Part shown: positions 14,071 through 34,499 of the stretch, one piece after another
How the letters are laid out: each line of letters opens with the position of its first letter
Position numbering within the stretch: position 1 is the first letter of the stretch
Made by a program: the position numbers and the translations under genes
Assembly: GCF_009914755.1 (NCBI RefSeq)
Contig: NC_060940.1
DNA length: 64,000 nucleotides
Strand: one strand, 5' to 3'
From: the human T2T-CHM13v2.0 reference genome, Homo sapiens
The notes under the pieces: generated by a model
What the model saw: the letters and a program-made list of their open reading frames with translations, nothing else
Told to the model about the DNA's origin: nothing
Database searches by the model: none

Positions 14071-15332
14071 GTTTTAGACATTTAAGAAAAGTACTTAAAT
14101 TTTCCAAGTAGATTACTTAGAGAACTAAACGTTTATTAGGTTCCTATTTTATTTTTGCTTTTAATCTATCACCTGTGGTTATCAGAGAAATCTTAATTGT
14201 ATTTACACATGTATGATTAAGTAAAAAAAGGAAGGAATTACCAGGGTAAATCAGACTCATAGAAATGTTTTCATATGAATAGTTGAATATTTGAAGCTTT
14301 GTTTGTTTCTGGCTTTACTTATGTCTTTTGGTTTGGCTGATTATTTATTGAATGTAAAGGTAAAACCCAGTTTTTAAATTCTGTGGTATGTGGGGTGAGC
14401 AGATACTTAGGAAGTTTTCCAGTCCTTAAGGAAAGAAGTAAAGAAAGGACAGGAAAGCATTACTGAAGGGGCTTGAAATGGAAGCTCATCTGCAAGCGAG
14501 ATGATATTTATGGTTTAATATCTTGGAAAACCAGTTTTGAGCAGCTGATTTAGCATTCTACCATCATAGAGAGAATTGATCCTCTTGTCCTTGCCTGAAG
14601 TCAGATGTAGTTAGATGAGATGAAGCTGATATTATTTGTCTGCAAACTCAAATGAGCCAAATGTTAACCAGCTATTAAAAGCTGAAATGTTACCTCTTTC
14701 CTGTGTTTTAAAAGACAGCCAGAGCAGAGCCAGTCAGCATCACTCAAACGTTCTCTGCCTGTAGAGTTCAGTTAATTTATTTTATTTTATAAAATGTATT
14801 TTTTACTGTAAGAACCTCTAAAAAGGATTATCATAATTGTTTTTGCCTATGGAAAAGCATAAAGAATGCCAAAACTTGTATGGCATGTTTTTATCAGACA
14901 TGCAAACACAGCAATTCCTTTTACATTTGACTACCCAGCAATTTCCATAATATCTTCACAATTATATATTGTATAAATTATTTCACTACATAATAAATAT
15001 TTTTATTTCTTGAGTCAAAATTTTATGGTAGAAAGATCATAATGGCACCAAAAAAATGTGGAAAATTCCTCTTCTTTTTAATGCCATCTGGGTTTCTATA
15101 ATCTATGCCAAATGATTATATGGATTCTAAAAATTATATAAAATTGCTTAATTTCAATCTTACAGTCTTTAGAATTTGATATGTAATTAGATTAATTGTA
15201 TTTCACCTTACTGTTGATTTTTAAACATCTATTTTCAAAGCAGTGAGAAAAATCTGAAAAAATCTTTCCACGTAAAAGATTCCCACTATTATTTTCATGA
15301 TAAATGCATACAATTCAAGCAATGAAAAAAGT

Positions 15333-15996
15333 AAAAAAAAAAAATATGAGATTCTGGCAAAGTTGTGGACAAAAAGGAACTCTCATACACTGTTGGTGGA
15401 AGAATAAATTAGTTCAGCCATTGTGGAAAACTGTGTGGCAATTCTTCAAAGATCTAAAGACAGAAACACCACTCGACCCAGCAATATATACCCAAAGGAA
15501 CATAAATTAATGTAATGTAAAGACACCTGTACATGTATGTTCATTGAAGCACTATTCACAATAGCAAAGACATGGAATAAACCTAAATGCCCATCAGTGA
15601 TAAGCTAGATAAAGAAAATGTGGTACATATACATCATGGAATACTATGCAGCCATAAAAAGAACAGGATCATATCCTTTGCAGAGACATGGATGGATTTG
15701 GAGGCCATTATCCTTAGCAAACTAGCATAAGGACAGAAAACCAAATACCTCATATTTTCACTTATAAGTGGGAGCTAAATGATGAGAATACATGGACAAG
15801 TACAGGGGAACAATACACACTGGGGCCTTTCGGAGGGTAGGAAGAGGGAGAGTATCAGGAAAAATAACCAATGGGTAATACGTTTAATACATACCTAAGT
15901 GAAATAATCTGTACGACAAACCCCCATGACACAAATTTACCCATGTAACAAACCTGCACATGTAACCCTGAACTTAAAAGTTAAAAAAAAATAAAA
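15333..15996 (+). mobile_element. Older L1PA (about PA11-15), 5'-truncated
   Basis: ORF2 C-terminal remnant ([19 protein letters not shown]) and 3' UTR aaacccccatgacac; TSD gaaaaaagt at 15324-15332 and 15997-16005. Confidence 0.88.
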
Positions 15997-16363
15997 GAAA
16001 AAAGTGCACGTGTAGAAAAAAGGCATTTCCCCAAATCTCACCATCCAAAATGAATAATCATTTACATTTGGAGGAACAAATTCTAGTCACTTTAAAAAAA
16101 CACAGGTACAGAAAGCAAAATAGATAGATAGAAAAAAGTACATTCAAATAATAAAGTCTATTCTACAATTTAAATTAAATTATGTTATGGTAAACTCATA
16201 TATACAAGTCATAAAAAGCTAGACAAATTAACATCCTGTCTCCAAAAAACGATACAAATTAGTCTAACATCCTGACACCAAAAAACAGGAAACTAGGAAA
16301 CACTTCAAAGAAAATATTTGAGATGGTAATCAAAGAACAAGGAAGAATTTTCAAGGTAAGCAT

Positions 16364-16364
<1 letters not shown>

Positions 16365-16393
<29 letters not shown>
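16365..16393. repeat. (TG)n microsatellite
   Basis: Seen directly. Confidence 0.95.
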
Positions 16394-16396
<3 letters not shown>

Positions 16397-17735
16397 GTTG
16401 TGTGGTTAATGTGAGGGTAGGCAGTGTTTCTATGCATCCAGAACATCAGGTACTATATCGGGAAGCTACAAAGCAGCCTGAATCAATTGGTAAATTCCAT
16501 GTAGTGGTATAGATGAGATATAGACACAATGCAAGAAACTTAAATAAAGGAAATGAATTTGGTGAAGAAATTAATGCAGTAATAGAGGGCTTTGTATGCC
16601 TTGAAAAGGCACCTCATTCTGTAGGTGATGTTGTGCAATAGAAGATTTTAATCAATGAAGGACAAATTTATGCTGTAGAAAGATGACTGGCAGTTGTTTG
16701 TAGATTAGAAGCGATGAATGGTGAAAGCAAAACCATAGTGATAAGGCCATCATCATTCTTTCAGTGGGAGATGATGTGATCTTTTGTTTTATCAACATTC
16801 TTGGTATTGCTTAGAAAACACAAACAATTCAGGGAAAAACAGTACCTGAAACATGAAAAAAATATTTCCTGAAATGAAGAGCAATATGGTTTCATTTAAG
16901 GAAATTTGAGCAGGAGGATGTCTATTTTCAATATGAAAATTAAGTGCAGTGCAGGAATATAACATGAGAACTAATAAGCAATTGCAACAAGATAATATCA
17001 AGGTGTCTGTCCAAAATTTGCAGGTAAGTGACTGCAATGTTTCTATATTAGGGGAAATGATTGATCTTGATAAGATACTCAAACTCTCAAAGACATCTTT
17101 TGTCAATAAAATAGGTGAAGCATATTATCAAGATTTTGTTTTGTCAGAACTACAGAATCAGAACTTATACACAACAAAACTGTTTGAGGAGTATAGCCAT
17201 GAGAGTAACTTTGCAGTCATGTAAAATCTGTGGTAGTCAGGGATATGCAATAAAGCTCTGAGCAAACAGTTTGACAAGTGTAAGGTGATTGGGGCACATT
17301 TAACCTACAATGGGAATTAGTATCTTCTTTGCCATCATCATTCCCATTATTACCATTAATTAAATTCTAAGCACATAAGTACATTCTACTCTAAGAAGTT
17401 GACACTATTACAACACCTCTCTCTGTCTCTTTTAAATCTCCCTTTCTCTCTCGCTCTCTCTCTTTCTAGCCCAAGGAAAAATATGGTATTAAATGATTTC
17501 GGTTACTAGCCTCAGTCAATAACCAAGTCACTACCCAATCTGTCTAATTTTGGAGCCCATGCTGAAAGAGAACTCAAGGAATGTTGAGAGTAAGCCTTCT
17601 TCTTCTGCCTGATTCCAAGGGATGGAACTAGAACAGTCAGCAGATAGCTCTGGACTGAATGGCAGAAAGACATCATCAATAATATTTGCTGACCAAACAT
17701 AATAGATTTCTTTGAGATGACCCAAGCAAGACTAG

Positions 17736-18042
<307 letters not shown>

Positions 18043-18235
18043 CCAGACATGATTCTAAATGTTTTATATGTAATAAATCATTGAATCCTTATAATAATGT
18101 TTTCAACAGGTCCTATTATTGTCATTCCCATTTTATACATGAGGAAAATGAAGCTCTAGCCGGTTAAGTAACTGGCCCCATGCTGAAAGCTAGGAGCTGG
18201 GATTAAAACCCATGTAGCCAAGCTCCAGAGTGAGC
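18043..18235 (-). mobile_element. MIR
   Basis: MIR core cccattttatacatgaggaaaatgaagctc...ggttaagtaactggccc. Confidence 0.75.
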
Positions 18236-18290
18236 TTCCCTCTAGAAACACTTCAAGCATCAGAATGCATGGTTGAACTAAGTGAGTTTT

Positions 18291-21817
<3,527 letters not shown>

Positions 21818-23240
21818 GTTCCCTTCTAACCTTGAGACTCAGTGATCGTAAGCACTCAGCTGGCTGACACATTCTTATAGAATATCTCCACATAGCATCT
21901 CTTTGTGCACTGTCTGCCACATTTGGAAATTCTTTAAAAGAACTATCTTTGAAGGTCATTCATCTGCAAGTGCTATAATGTGAAGGGAATTGAAATCCTA
22001 ATTTGAAGAAATGCTCCATTTCCATCTATAGCAGCTTTATGATTTATGACAGGGAGAGTTTTCAGCTAAGATAGAGTTTTACAATGTAAGTGATTTTTCA
22101 TTTTCCAGTCTTAACAAGAACTTAGAAATAAAAAAATTAATCAATACATTTTAATGTTTATTAGAAAGAGTAATTTAAAAGGATATTTCCAAAGTTTTCA
22201 TGTTGAACACACTAGTTTACTAATTCCTTTGGTTGCAATCCCAATATAACAGGAAAATAAAGTCTCTCAAAGTGACAAGACAGAAAACATTTAAAAAACT
22301 CACAAAATTATAATGTAGTAGTTTGCTAATCATGAGAATTCTCAAAAATACTAGCACTTAACAGCTTGAGGAAGCTCATCAATACAAAAAGTGATTATTG
22401 TGAAGATTCATAAACGTTTATGACATTTGGCCCTTACTACACAACTTTCAAAATCCTATTTTTTTTTGTTTCTTTGAATTATCATGTATAGGAATGTCAC
22501 TAATACAAGTGAACACAGTAAAATGTGGTATTCACACCTTTCTATATTGCAACAAATAAAAGATAATTCAGGAATAGAATTATTATATATATAAAATTAT
22601 TCTTCTTCAAGCAGATTTTTTATCTAAATATAATAAAGATGAGATATTTTACATTCTCATGGAATAACATTTTTTTATCTTCTTCTCCCCTCAGTAGGCA
22701 GAGAATAGCAGCAGCAGTTATTGAAATGAACGCAGTGAGGAGATACCAGTGTGAAAGATAATGCACAACCCGGTTCATCTAAATAGTTTAGGAAATTGCA
22801 TTTCCACCAGATAATAGCTCCTAGAGAGTCAACTTCCTATCTTAGCTGAAAACTCTCATGTCATAAATCATAAAGTTGCATGTAGATGCAAATGGAGCAT
22901 TTCTTCAAATTAGGGTTTCAATTCCTTTGGAATGAATCAAATGGGAGTTTTCTGATTTTATTTCTCCAGGTCAGCATAGCTTGTCAGATTTAGTTATAAT
23001 CAGTGTTAATAACATATCCACTAACATTATGCTTATCCAAATGACACAGCTTAATAGTAGGAAAGTATTCCTTGAATAAAATAGAAGTTTAATGAACCAC
23101 TGATTGATTCCTGATTCCAAACAGGTTCTTACAATGTAAAGATAATTAAGTAATAAGCAACTGTAAAGAAATTTAAATATAAAAATTTGCCTAACTATAC
23201 AAGTGTTTGTATTTTTCATTAGAAATTTCAAAATTCTATC

Positions 23241-23531
23241 TTTTTTTTTTGAGATAGAGTCTCACTCTGTGGCTCAGGCTGGAGTGCAGTGGCACGATCT
23301 CGGCTCACGCAACCTCTGCCTCCTGGGTTCAAGCGATTCTCCTGCTTCAGCCTCCCGAGTAGCTGGGACTACAGGCGTGTGCCACCATGCCCAGCTAATT
23401 TTTGTATTTTTAGTACAAACATGGTTTCACCATGTTGGCCAGGCTAGTCTTGAGCTCCTGACCTCAGGTGATCCGCCCGCCTCGGCCTCCCAAAGTGCTG
23501 GCATTACAGGTGTGAGCCACTGTGCCTAGCC
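23241..23531 (-). mobile_element. AluSx-like
   Basis: ctcctgacctcaggtgatccgcccgcc; full dimer. Confidence 0.9.
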
Positions 23532-26500
23532 TATTTTTTTTTTATTAAAAATTTGCCCAAATTGCTCTTCTCCCCTCACTCTGGCCCATATAATTTATGA
23601 ATAGAATGATCATGAAGTGGAATTTTTGGACCTGGATCTCTTTACAACTCAAGTGTGATTACTTAAGAGTTAAGTGAACATTGTAAAGAAGGCAGTTGGG
23701 AATGTTAAGATGCAAGGTTTCCGTGTAATGGATGCTACTGCACCATATCCTAGTATATAGTTCCTAATGCACTAGACAATTATTAAAGCCGTCTCGTAAG
23801 ATTTTACCCATTTTAAAATATCTACTTGTGTGGAATCTTCTATGTCAGTGCTCCTTTTCAAACTTCAAGTTGAATGATGTGGAGAGTCGGAAGAGATAAG
23901 AAATTCCAAATTGACACATCTTCCAGAGAAAAACCTGAGCTAAATACTTGAAATGACAACTGGTTAACTAGTGGTAGCCAGAAAATAACTGCTCAACATT
24001 TTACATTTTTTGTTTTGCCTATGGATATGACTAAATTTTAGTGTTTTACCTGCATGAATTCAATCTCAAATCCTATTTTCAAAAGCAAGCCTCATGTGTT
24101 TCTAAATATCTCTGATGCTTGTAAATAATTTAATTAAAATGACCAGGAATTATTTATTATAATTGTATGAAGGAGACTATTGTGGGTTTTAAGTAATTTT
24201 ACAATATATAGGTACTTCAGGTGCCAATTAAATTATATATATACACACACACAGGATTTTGTTATATACATACATATAACACAGCCATATAATTTCCCTA
24301 TTTAATTAACAGCATTCATAAAAGAAAATTACTTACAGTAAAAATGGGGTACTAACTCTACTGAAACAATTTCAACAGAAAAAGGTTATTAATTGCCATA
24401 TATCAATAGTTGTATTAAATCCAAAATCCCTACTGCCAGCAATTTTATATTTGTCTCTCTCAGAGTTTCCAGATGGATGCTGGGTGAGATGAACTTGTGT
24501 TTTACAGAGGCAATTAGTTTATTCTTAGGATAATTTTTCAACAGTAAGAAGTATGTACACTTAGCAAGGAATTCATTTTGTTTTCCTTTGTGACAAATGG
24601 CAGTTCTTTGGTAGCTGGCCATTCAGCCCAAAGTGCCAGCTGGCAAACAAATCAAGACCATTTTTGTTTCCTTTCTTGGCATGTTGCCTATATGTTAAAT
24701 GCAGAAGAGATGCTTTCTAAATTATAGTACTAAATAGAGTCTTGGGTCCTGGCCTAGAAATGTATTAATGATTATGGAGATTTCAGATCACAGTATAGTG
24801 TGTGATTAAAGTTCCAACTTATAGGTATCTAATTTCTGTTTATTGCAATGCTGATCATTGTTTAAGAACCTGTCTATAGGTTATGTCAGGCAAAAAGAGA
24901 TCTGAAGGTCTTTGTATAATCTCATGACTATATTATATTCATCTGAGCAATAAATATCAGAGTAGAAACTTAAAGTATTTTAATGTTTCAGGAAAGTGGA
25001 AATTGTAAGAATGAGGTTAATTTTGGAAAATGGATTACTGAGGCAAACACACTTGCAGTCCTTGAATTAGAGCTTTTTGTGTGGCTTAAATTGAAATTAC
25101 TTTTCCATTTACATCTTAGTGACGTAGATAAGAGCTATACCAGTTACTTTCAGTATACGTTGGGCAGGCCATTTCACCCCTCTAAGGATTTATGTCCTTA
25201 TCTGTAACCATGATGTCAGTCATACCAACTTTACATGATAAATGTGATCCTATGCCAAAAAAAGAAAAAAAAAAAGCAATTGGCCTATTTCCTGGCAAAT
25301 GATATGGGTTATTGTACTTGCTCGCATGCATGGGAAATTTTTTTGAAACTTGGAAAATAAGCATCTTAACTGCCATGCATCAGGCATGATAAATGGTAAA
25401 CATTTATAAACATTAACTTATCTAGTCCACAGTCCAGCCCCGTATATATTAAAAGCAACAACAAACACTGAGTCTCTGAAATTTTAAATACCATGTCCAA
25501 GGTCATACAGCTACAGAGGTGTTAGGTGGCAGATCTGGCATTCAAATGTTTCTGCTTTCCAAACTCTGTGCTCTCATATAACAGGTTATTTTAGCTAATT
25601 GTTGTAAATATAATTTATAGGGAGATCTATATATAAATATGCATTAATCATACATAAAAGAAATATAAAGCAATTGAAAATGTATGTAAATTGATTTATT
25701 TCCTTTTATAATTTTTATGAAGTATATGTAGATGTAAATATAAATATGCTATATAAATATATAACACATAAGTTGCATAGATATGTGTCTGTGTGTGTGA
25801 GTGTGTATGTGTGTGTACGTAAATTGCTTTATCTTCTCTTGATCATTTCTATAGCAAAGTTTCTCATTACTCACAATGTTTCCCAGGCTTTACTGCACAC
25901 TTTCTTGGAGACCACACTGGTGTATCTGAAAGGTCACTGGGCTGGGAGGAAGAGAGACAGGTCCTGTTTCAGATTGTAACTTTACTTTCCTCATTTATGA
26001 AATGAAGGTGTTATCTAAGGATCATTCAGGTTCTAAGAAGGCCTTGTCCTAGGAAGGTGCTAACGATTTTCTAGTACTGTGCTGTGGTGAGAGAAGGAAG
26101 ATGAGCATCAGTAGACATTTCAGAAACATACCATCTGCCATGACTTTTACAACAATTCAAAAAGAATGATAACAACCGAAAAATTTCTGATCAAAGCCGT
26201 GGCTGAATTTATGAATTTGATTTTCATGCAAATTCAGCTCTGAACATGAAGTGAGTCGTGAAATGGAATTTGAAGGGGTCGTGCTCCATGCTCATGACTG
26301 ACTGAAACATCCATCTGCCCAGCTCTCTACCCAAGCCCCCATGCTCACAAAGAAGATCTCATTCAGGCTGATGTTTATCAGCTGCTGCAAAATGGACTTA
26401 ATCGTTTGAAAATAGGAAAATGAAGTTGTCTTTAGACTGGTAATGAAACTCCTATTTGTTTTGGAGACTTTTCCCCCATTGGAAACATTAAAACATTACA

Positions 26501-26722
26501 AAATCTTACCTACTAAAAATTGTATGCAAATATATCTTAGGAATATGCTTGATTGCCTAAGTCTGTAGAGAATCAGTAAAAATTCTGATTTGCTGCTAAA
26601 GTTGTCATAAAAGTTTATGAAAAATAACAGAAGAGAAACAAGAGGAAAGCCACATTAGTGTATAACTTTAACATCTTTCATTCAAATAATAAGGATGATA
26701 AAACAGAAAATATATATTTTCT

Positions 26723-26763
26723 GTTACCTCAGGGAAGAGTCCAGTCATCCATCATAAACCAGA
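26723..26763 (+). repeat. 41-bp dispersed direct duplication, copy 1
   Basis: 40/41 identical to 30094-30134. Confidence 0.95.
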
Positions 26764-27829
26764 TAATACATGTATTTGTAATTTTAACTTTAATGTATAG
26801 AACTTTTAATGATTTAGTACAGCTGAGTTTTCAAGCGTAGTGAATAATTTATGTTTTAATTGAACTGCTTAATCATATTAATAGTTTTCACATCGTACTT
26901 CCAAATGATAGTCTTTAGTGTTTCAGTTCAGATTAGTCTTCATTCTTCAGTCCAGATAAACATAACTCTCAAACCGAAGAAAAATAATTGATGCTATAAT
27001 TTACATCACGTTTGAATGGTTATTTCTATTTTATATTTCACCTCATATTGTATGATTGATTGAGAAGTTTCAAGGGATAGAATTTGTTCTGAAAGTCAAT
27101 ACAATAATATTGTCTTGCAAATTCAAAACCAATTTATTATTGTTTGTTTTTACAAACAGAATATGTCTTGTTTACTGGCTTTGATAATTTTGACCCACAA
27201 ATGCATATTATTGTATGTCTCAAAAATGACCATGAAATTAAAAAATAAGAAATTTGTATACAAGTAACTCCAATGTCCTAAAACTGAATTCAGTGTCACA
27301 GTTCTTTTATATCTAGATATGTAAAATAAAAATTTCAACCTTAAGTGATTACTAAGAAACCTCACAGTTCCAAGAACAGCTTTCATATTGTAAATTTGAT
27401 TTGTAAAACATAGATTCTCAGAGCTCCTCTGTGTTGCTTTTCCCATTGAAACAGAATAGTATTATTGTTCCTATCAATGTAATAACCAGAATGGCACTTT
27501 TAATATTGTATTTCTAGACTTTGTTTATGTTTTTAATTTATTTTCTTTACCATAGTTGTATTAACATTATTTAATCATAGGCCTGGCTATTTACTTTTCT
27601 GACAACAGGATATTATTTATTCGGAACACATAGTTTTCATATTAGCCAAAGCTTTCGAAATCATTCTTGTGTGTTAGTTGAATATATAATTAGGCATTTT
27701 TCTAAATACACAATAATTACCCAGCAGAAAATGCTACCATTTCTATTTCTTAGTTTTAATGTACACAGAGCGGTTAGTAACAATAACAGAAGTGAAAGAC
27801 CCAAACACTCTTTGAGTTTTAAAGTAAGC

Positions 27830-28510
<681 letters not shown>

Positions 28511-28699
28511 TATAGCCCTTGATGGATGAGGATGTTCATAATGGGGCTGAAGTAACTAAATGATACACCTGGTTCACATATTAAATTTTGACCTGTGTGA
28601 TGTGTGGAAAAGGGACTGCAATGAGTCACAGCATAGCTGTCAAGAACAGGTGTAAGAGGCTGGGACAGCTTGGAAGGTGGCCTTCGGGCAGAGGTAACT

Positions 28700-29800
<1,101 letters not shown>

Positions 29801-30093
29801 TACGAGATACTGAACAGATAGACAAATAACCCAAGCCAGAGTGAACTCTCTCTCCAGTAGTCATCATTCGAAGTTCCAGAACCAACTTCCTAGCTGCCAG
29901 ATTCAGCTAAGAGGTTGAACTTTCCCAAGGAGTGGCTTAAAGGCTTCCCAAGTAACTTCTTAATCACCCAGACCCCCTCAGGTCACCTGAGATATAGCAC
30001 ATGGCACAGAGACCACTCAACCAACAAGCAAAGCATTTGCAATCACAGTGCTAGGACAGCAATAAACGCCCTGCCCTGTGCTTTGCATCACCC

Positions 30094-30134
30094 GTTACCT
30101 CAGGGAAGGGTCCAGTCATCCATCATAAACCAGA
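30094..30134 (+). repeat. 41-bp dispersed direct duplication, copy 2
   Basis: 40/41 identical to 26723-26763. Confidence 0.95.
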
Positions 30135-31924
30135 GCACCAATGAACTTTGTTTCATGGCTCATCCTTCAGGTCTCAGATGAAAGACAATTCATGGTGGCA
30201 ACTTCTCTGTGGACTGCAAAAGCCTAGACATGAAGTTCTGTTTTGTTCTCCCACTTACCTAATGTTGATTCAATAAATATTTATTAAACACATAATTAAG
30301 TTCCTAGGGCACTTTGTAATGCCTAACCCACAATAGATGCTACAAGAAAATTTGTAAAATAAATAAAGAAATTAAAAAATGAATAAAGTCTAATAGAAGG
30401 AGTAATCAGGGTTGTTTTTTGTGGTAATTATCTCTCTGGAGCACATTTAAAAATTCTCTTGAACGTTGATATTTAATGTACTGAGAACAATATTTTGTAA
30501 TATGTTTACTTACTTTTCAAAAAATTACACCCTTTATAAAACATTGACTCCATTGTGGAATGGTATGAATATTTAAAACACCATCTTTATTTATTAAGAA
30601 ATCCTTCAAACAATTTAAATACATTATTTTATGCAACAAACTAATTTTTCCCTAAGCTCACGTGACATACCAACATAAGCAGCATATAAAAATAAGTCTA
30701 TGAAATTCTAAATTGTGTAGTATCCACTCAAAAAGAAAATACAGTGATCAACTAGGGCTTCAGTCAAACATATGCTAGAAGGAAGAAACCCTGTCTTATT
30801 GCCTTAACTAAAGATCTCACTAGAATTGTTCAAAAAGCTATTTATAGTTGAATATATAGACATTATTCAATATGGCTAGAAAATAATCAAATTAAGCACC
30901 TAGAAAGTATATTTTCTATTTTCTGACATTAGGGTGGTGACATTTTGTGACAAATAAATCCAAAAGTAGATATCTGGAGTCTTGCATTTCCTTCTTAACA
31001 TATGTAAATATATTGAAGCTATGCTTTATTTACCATTAGCTTGTTTCTTTCTTAACTAAAACTACAACACAATCCTCTCTCCCCATTGTAAAGGCTGAGA
31101 GTCCAGTGGATGTCAGTGTTAACTTATACTATGAAACATTTTTTTCTGAACTTTGCTTCCAGTTGTATGTGGTTTGAAAGCAGAAACCATGCTCAATTTG
31201 TGTTTTCTACCCAGATTTTAGAATAGCATCTGGCCTTTAGGAGGAGCATAATATATTTATTAAATGAATAAAGAAATGTATAAAAATCTTCCAGCATCAA
31301 AGCAGGAGCAATAGCTTGAATGCTGAAGTAATGACCCAGGACCGCTAACTATCACCAAAGCCTAGTGCTACATGTTCTTTAGAACATGATGAGTTCAACT
31401 AAGAGAGATTGTATGTAATTTAAAAGTATTTTCCTGCACAAGACTCATGAGGATGGTCTAGCATTAGGCACGCTACTATAGTTGCATCTGCACTCACTGC
31501 CCATCCTACCATTGTTTTCCTCTGCCTGATTGTGGTTTCACCTCCACATCCTAGTAGGATTCACAGTCACCATCCATGATGGTTGAAGGATTTCCTCTGA
31601 CCCTGCCCCTCCCCTGTTCTACCCTTAGACTGGGGAAGACTTTCAAGTATCAGCCTCACATTTACAGAAGACATCGGATCTGAACCATTCTTCTCAAATA
31701 CACAGATATGATGGGGCTGAAATGGGATTACAGAGGAGTACATAGCAAGCCTGCAACTCCATTAAATCTGTCCTCCTTAAGTTAATAGAGGCCCAAGATC
31801 ACCAGATTTGATGGTTGCACTTATGGCTTGAATTTAATTAACGTTTCTGTCAAGCCTATATAGCCATACCCCTTTTTTGAGCATCAAATTTTCATCTCTT
31901 ATGCATTTTTTTATTTTTTGTTGA

Positions 31925-32825
31925 TCCATTGAGTCAAACAAATAATTTTGGATGCTGACTTCAAGCCAGCCAATATTCAAATGCCTAAGGTATCATAGTA
32001 AACAAACAAAAAATAAAATCTCTATGAGGATAGATCTTATGTTTTGAGGTTGGAGGCTAGGAAAACATATGAGAAATAAACACATAAATGAAAGGGCAGA
32101 TAGTTATGCAAATCTTAAAGAAAAATAAAAAGGGTAAGAGGGATAAAGGGCCAGAGATATGGGTCAAGATTACTATTTTATTTATAGTTATCAGAAAAAT
32201 GCCATGGTCACAAATTGGTATTTGAATTGAGACCTGAGAACATGAAGAAACATAACATGTGGATATCAGAGCAATGGGCCTTCCAGGAAGATGGAACAGC
32301 ATGTGCAAATGCATAGAGATGAGAGCATGATCAATGTATCTTCAAGAAGGATGATCTGGATGAAGTGGCATGAATATATGTGATGGTAAATGATGTTATA
32401 AAGTAGCAGGTGGCTAGATTACATGGGACCCATGGGCCACAAATAAGTATTCTGGTTTTACTTTTACTTTAGTGAAATGATCTGACTTATAATACAAAAA
32501 TGGATGCTTTATGGAAAACAAACATAAGGGGATGAGGAATGCAGAGAGAGAATGAGTAGTTAGCCGACTACTGCAAAAATCCAATGAGATGATGTTGGAT
32601 GAAGAAGTTAATTATGGACGTACTGAAAAGTGGTTGGATTCCAAAGATATTTTGAATGGACAGCTGAGTAGTTTTATTGGTGGATTGGTTGTGGCTTGTG
32701 GCAAATAAAATGGATGTAAACAAAAAGAACTACAGGATAATTCCAAGTTTTTGGCCAAAGCAGCTGAAAAGATGGCAATATTATTTACTAAGGTGGGAGA
32801 AACCACAAGAAATCAGGTTTTGTGT
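31925..32825 (-). mobile_element. L2a-like fragment
   Basis: gagacctgaga...ccaggaagatggaacagcatgtgcaaa...aagtggttggattc...gataattccaagtttttggcc. Confidence 0.7.
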
Positions 32826-34499
32826 CAGAGGGTAGAATTCTTATCAGCTTCCAAGCTGTATTGCCTAGAACATTAAACAGGCGGTCTAAAATGTGGAAGT
32901 CATATTCATTTATGTGTGCTTTGAAATATCAATACAAAACTTATTTAAGTAGAAAACTATCTCTACCAATAATGTGTGTGTGCATGCACACATGTTACTG
33001 CAAATAAAACACACACAACCATAACAAAAAAGCCTTTAGACTTGAAGAAGTTCTAGTTTTCACTTCAAAGAATAGATGACTTTTCCCCTGATTTGATTTT
33101 TCACATCTAGACCTTGGTGCTTGGTATGGACTGTCATTCAGATTCTTCTCACTTGTGACATCAAAATACTGAATATATGAACAAGTGCCAAAAATAAATT
33201 TTCTGCTTCCTTAACATTTTTCTCTTGGCTTGAGTTTTCTAGGGGAAAATAAACCAAGCTGCAAATAGCAGCTGCATTCTGACTGACGAACTGTCACCAG
33301 ACCGAAAACAAACTATGTAACAAGTTTGAGATTAGAGTAGTTCTTGCTCCGGTGGTTACACAGGGATGGCATAACAGCCCCAGGACACACATGAGCTCAA
33401 GGCCTATCATCACATACCTGGGATGAAGGGTGTGCTTCTCTCCATTCTCAAATAAAGACTCAAATAGTGAATGTCCAGGCATCTCAACAATTTACCCCAG
33501 ATTGTTTCCTTGCATTGAGAGACAGGATAAGGCCAACTCTGAGGAGAATATAGTAACTGGAATATCTCTGATTCAGTCCCTCTTATTCCTCCATTGTTAT
33601 CCTCCTAATTACCTTCATTTTTTTCTCCACCAGTTACAGTTGTTGGTGACGATATGGGATCAATACACTATGAAATACAAACAGGAAATGTTGTCATACA
33701 ATGCCTTTGCATAGAAAATAGATTGTAAAGATTGCAATATGAACACTTAGCCTTCTATGTGTAATCTCCAAGATAATTAAAACTAAAAATGGTTAAAATA
33801 GGTGACACTGAGGACATAAAATTATAGGTTAGAAGAGTTTTAATTTTCATGACAAGTCCTTTGGCACTATTGATTTTTAACATGTGCATCAACTGCTTCA
33901 ATGGTGTATATTTTTAGGTAAATAAAAGTGGAATTTTAAAATTTGATAATGTCAATTAAATAAGCACTCTTATCTATGAATAGCTAATTATACACATAGC
34001 TATATATGAAGTCAAGAATATAATGAGTTACTCTCATAGTGTCAATACACCATTAACAATTGCAAAAAAAACGTACATGGTGCACTTTAATGGAAATGTC
34101 CATATGTAATTATCTGCTGTTCTTTGATCTTTTATTCTAAGAGAACTAAGACTAATAGGTCAATAAATGTCTGTAGATTGAAAAAATTGAAAGGTTCTGA
34201 AACTAGGATTCAATCCTCATTAGAGACTCATTGGAAGGGCCAATTAAATTTTGGAAGGCACAAGAAATTTTTGTGATTCGCAAAGTTCATTTTTATGAAG
34301 TTTATTTTAAATTTAAAACTATGCTATAGTTAATATACTAGCATCTTTTATTTTACTGAAAATATACGCTTCTAATTTCTGTGTAAACCCTACTGCCAAT
34401 CTGTTATTATATACCACAGAAGTAATATTTCTGGAGGAATCTGTGGGATATTTGTCACTAAAAATGCTACCCAGAATCTGAACACCCTTCTCAAATTAG

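Noticed and set aside
16223-16286. About 30-bp imperfect tandem duplication (also a 20-bp one near 63390-63432)
   Set aside because: Ordinary slippage duplications; not a CRISPR-like or functional array
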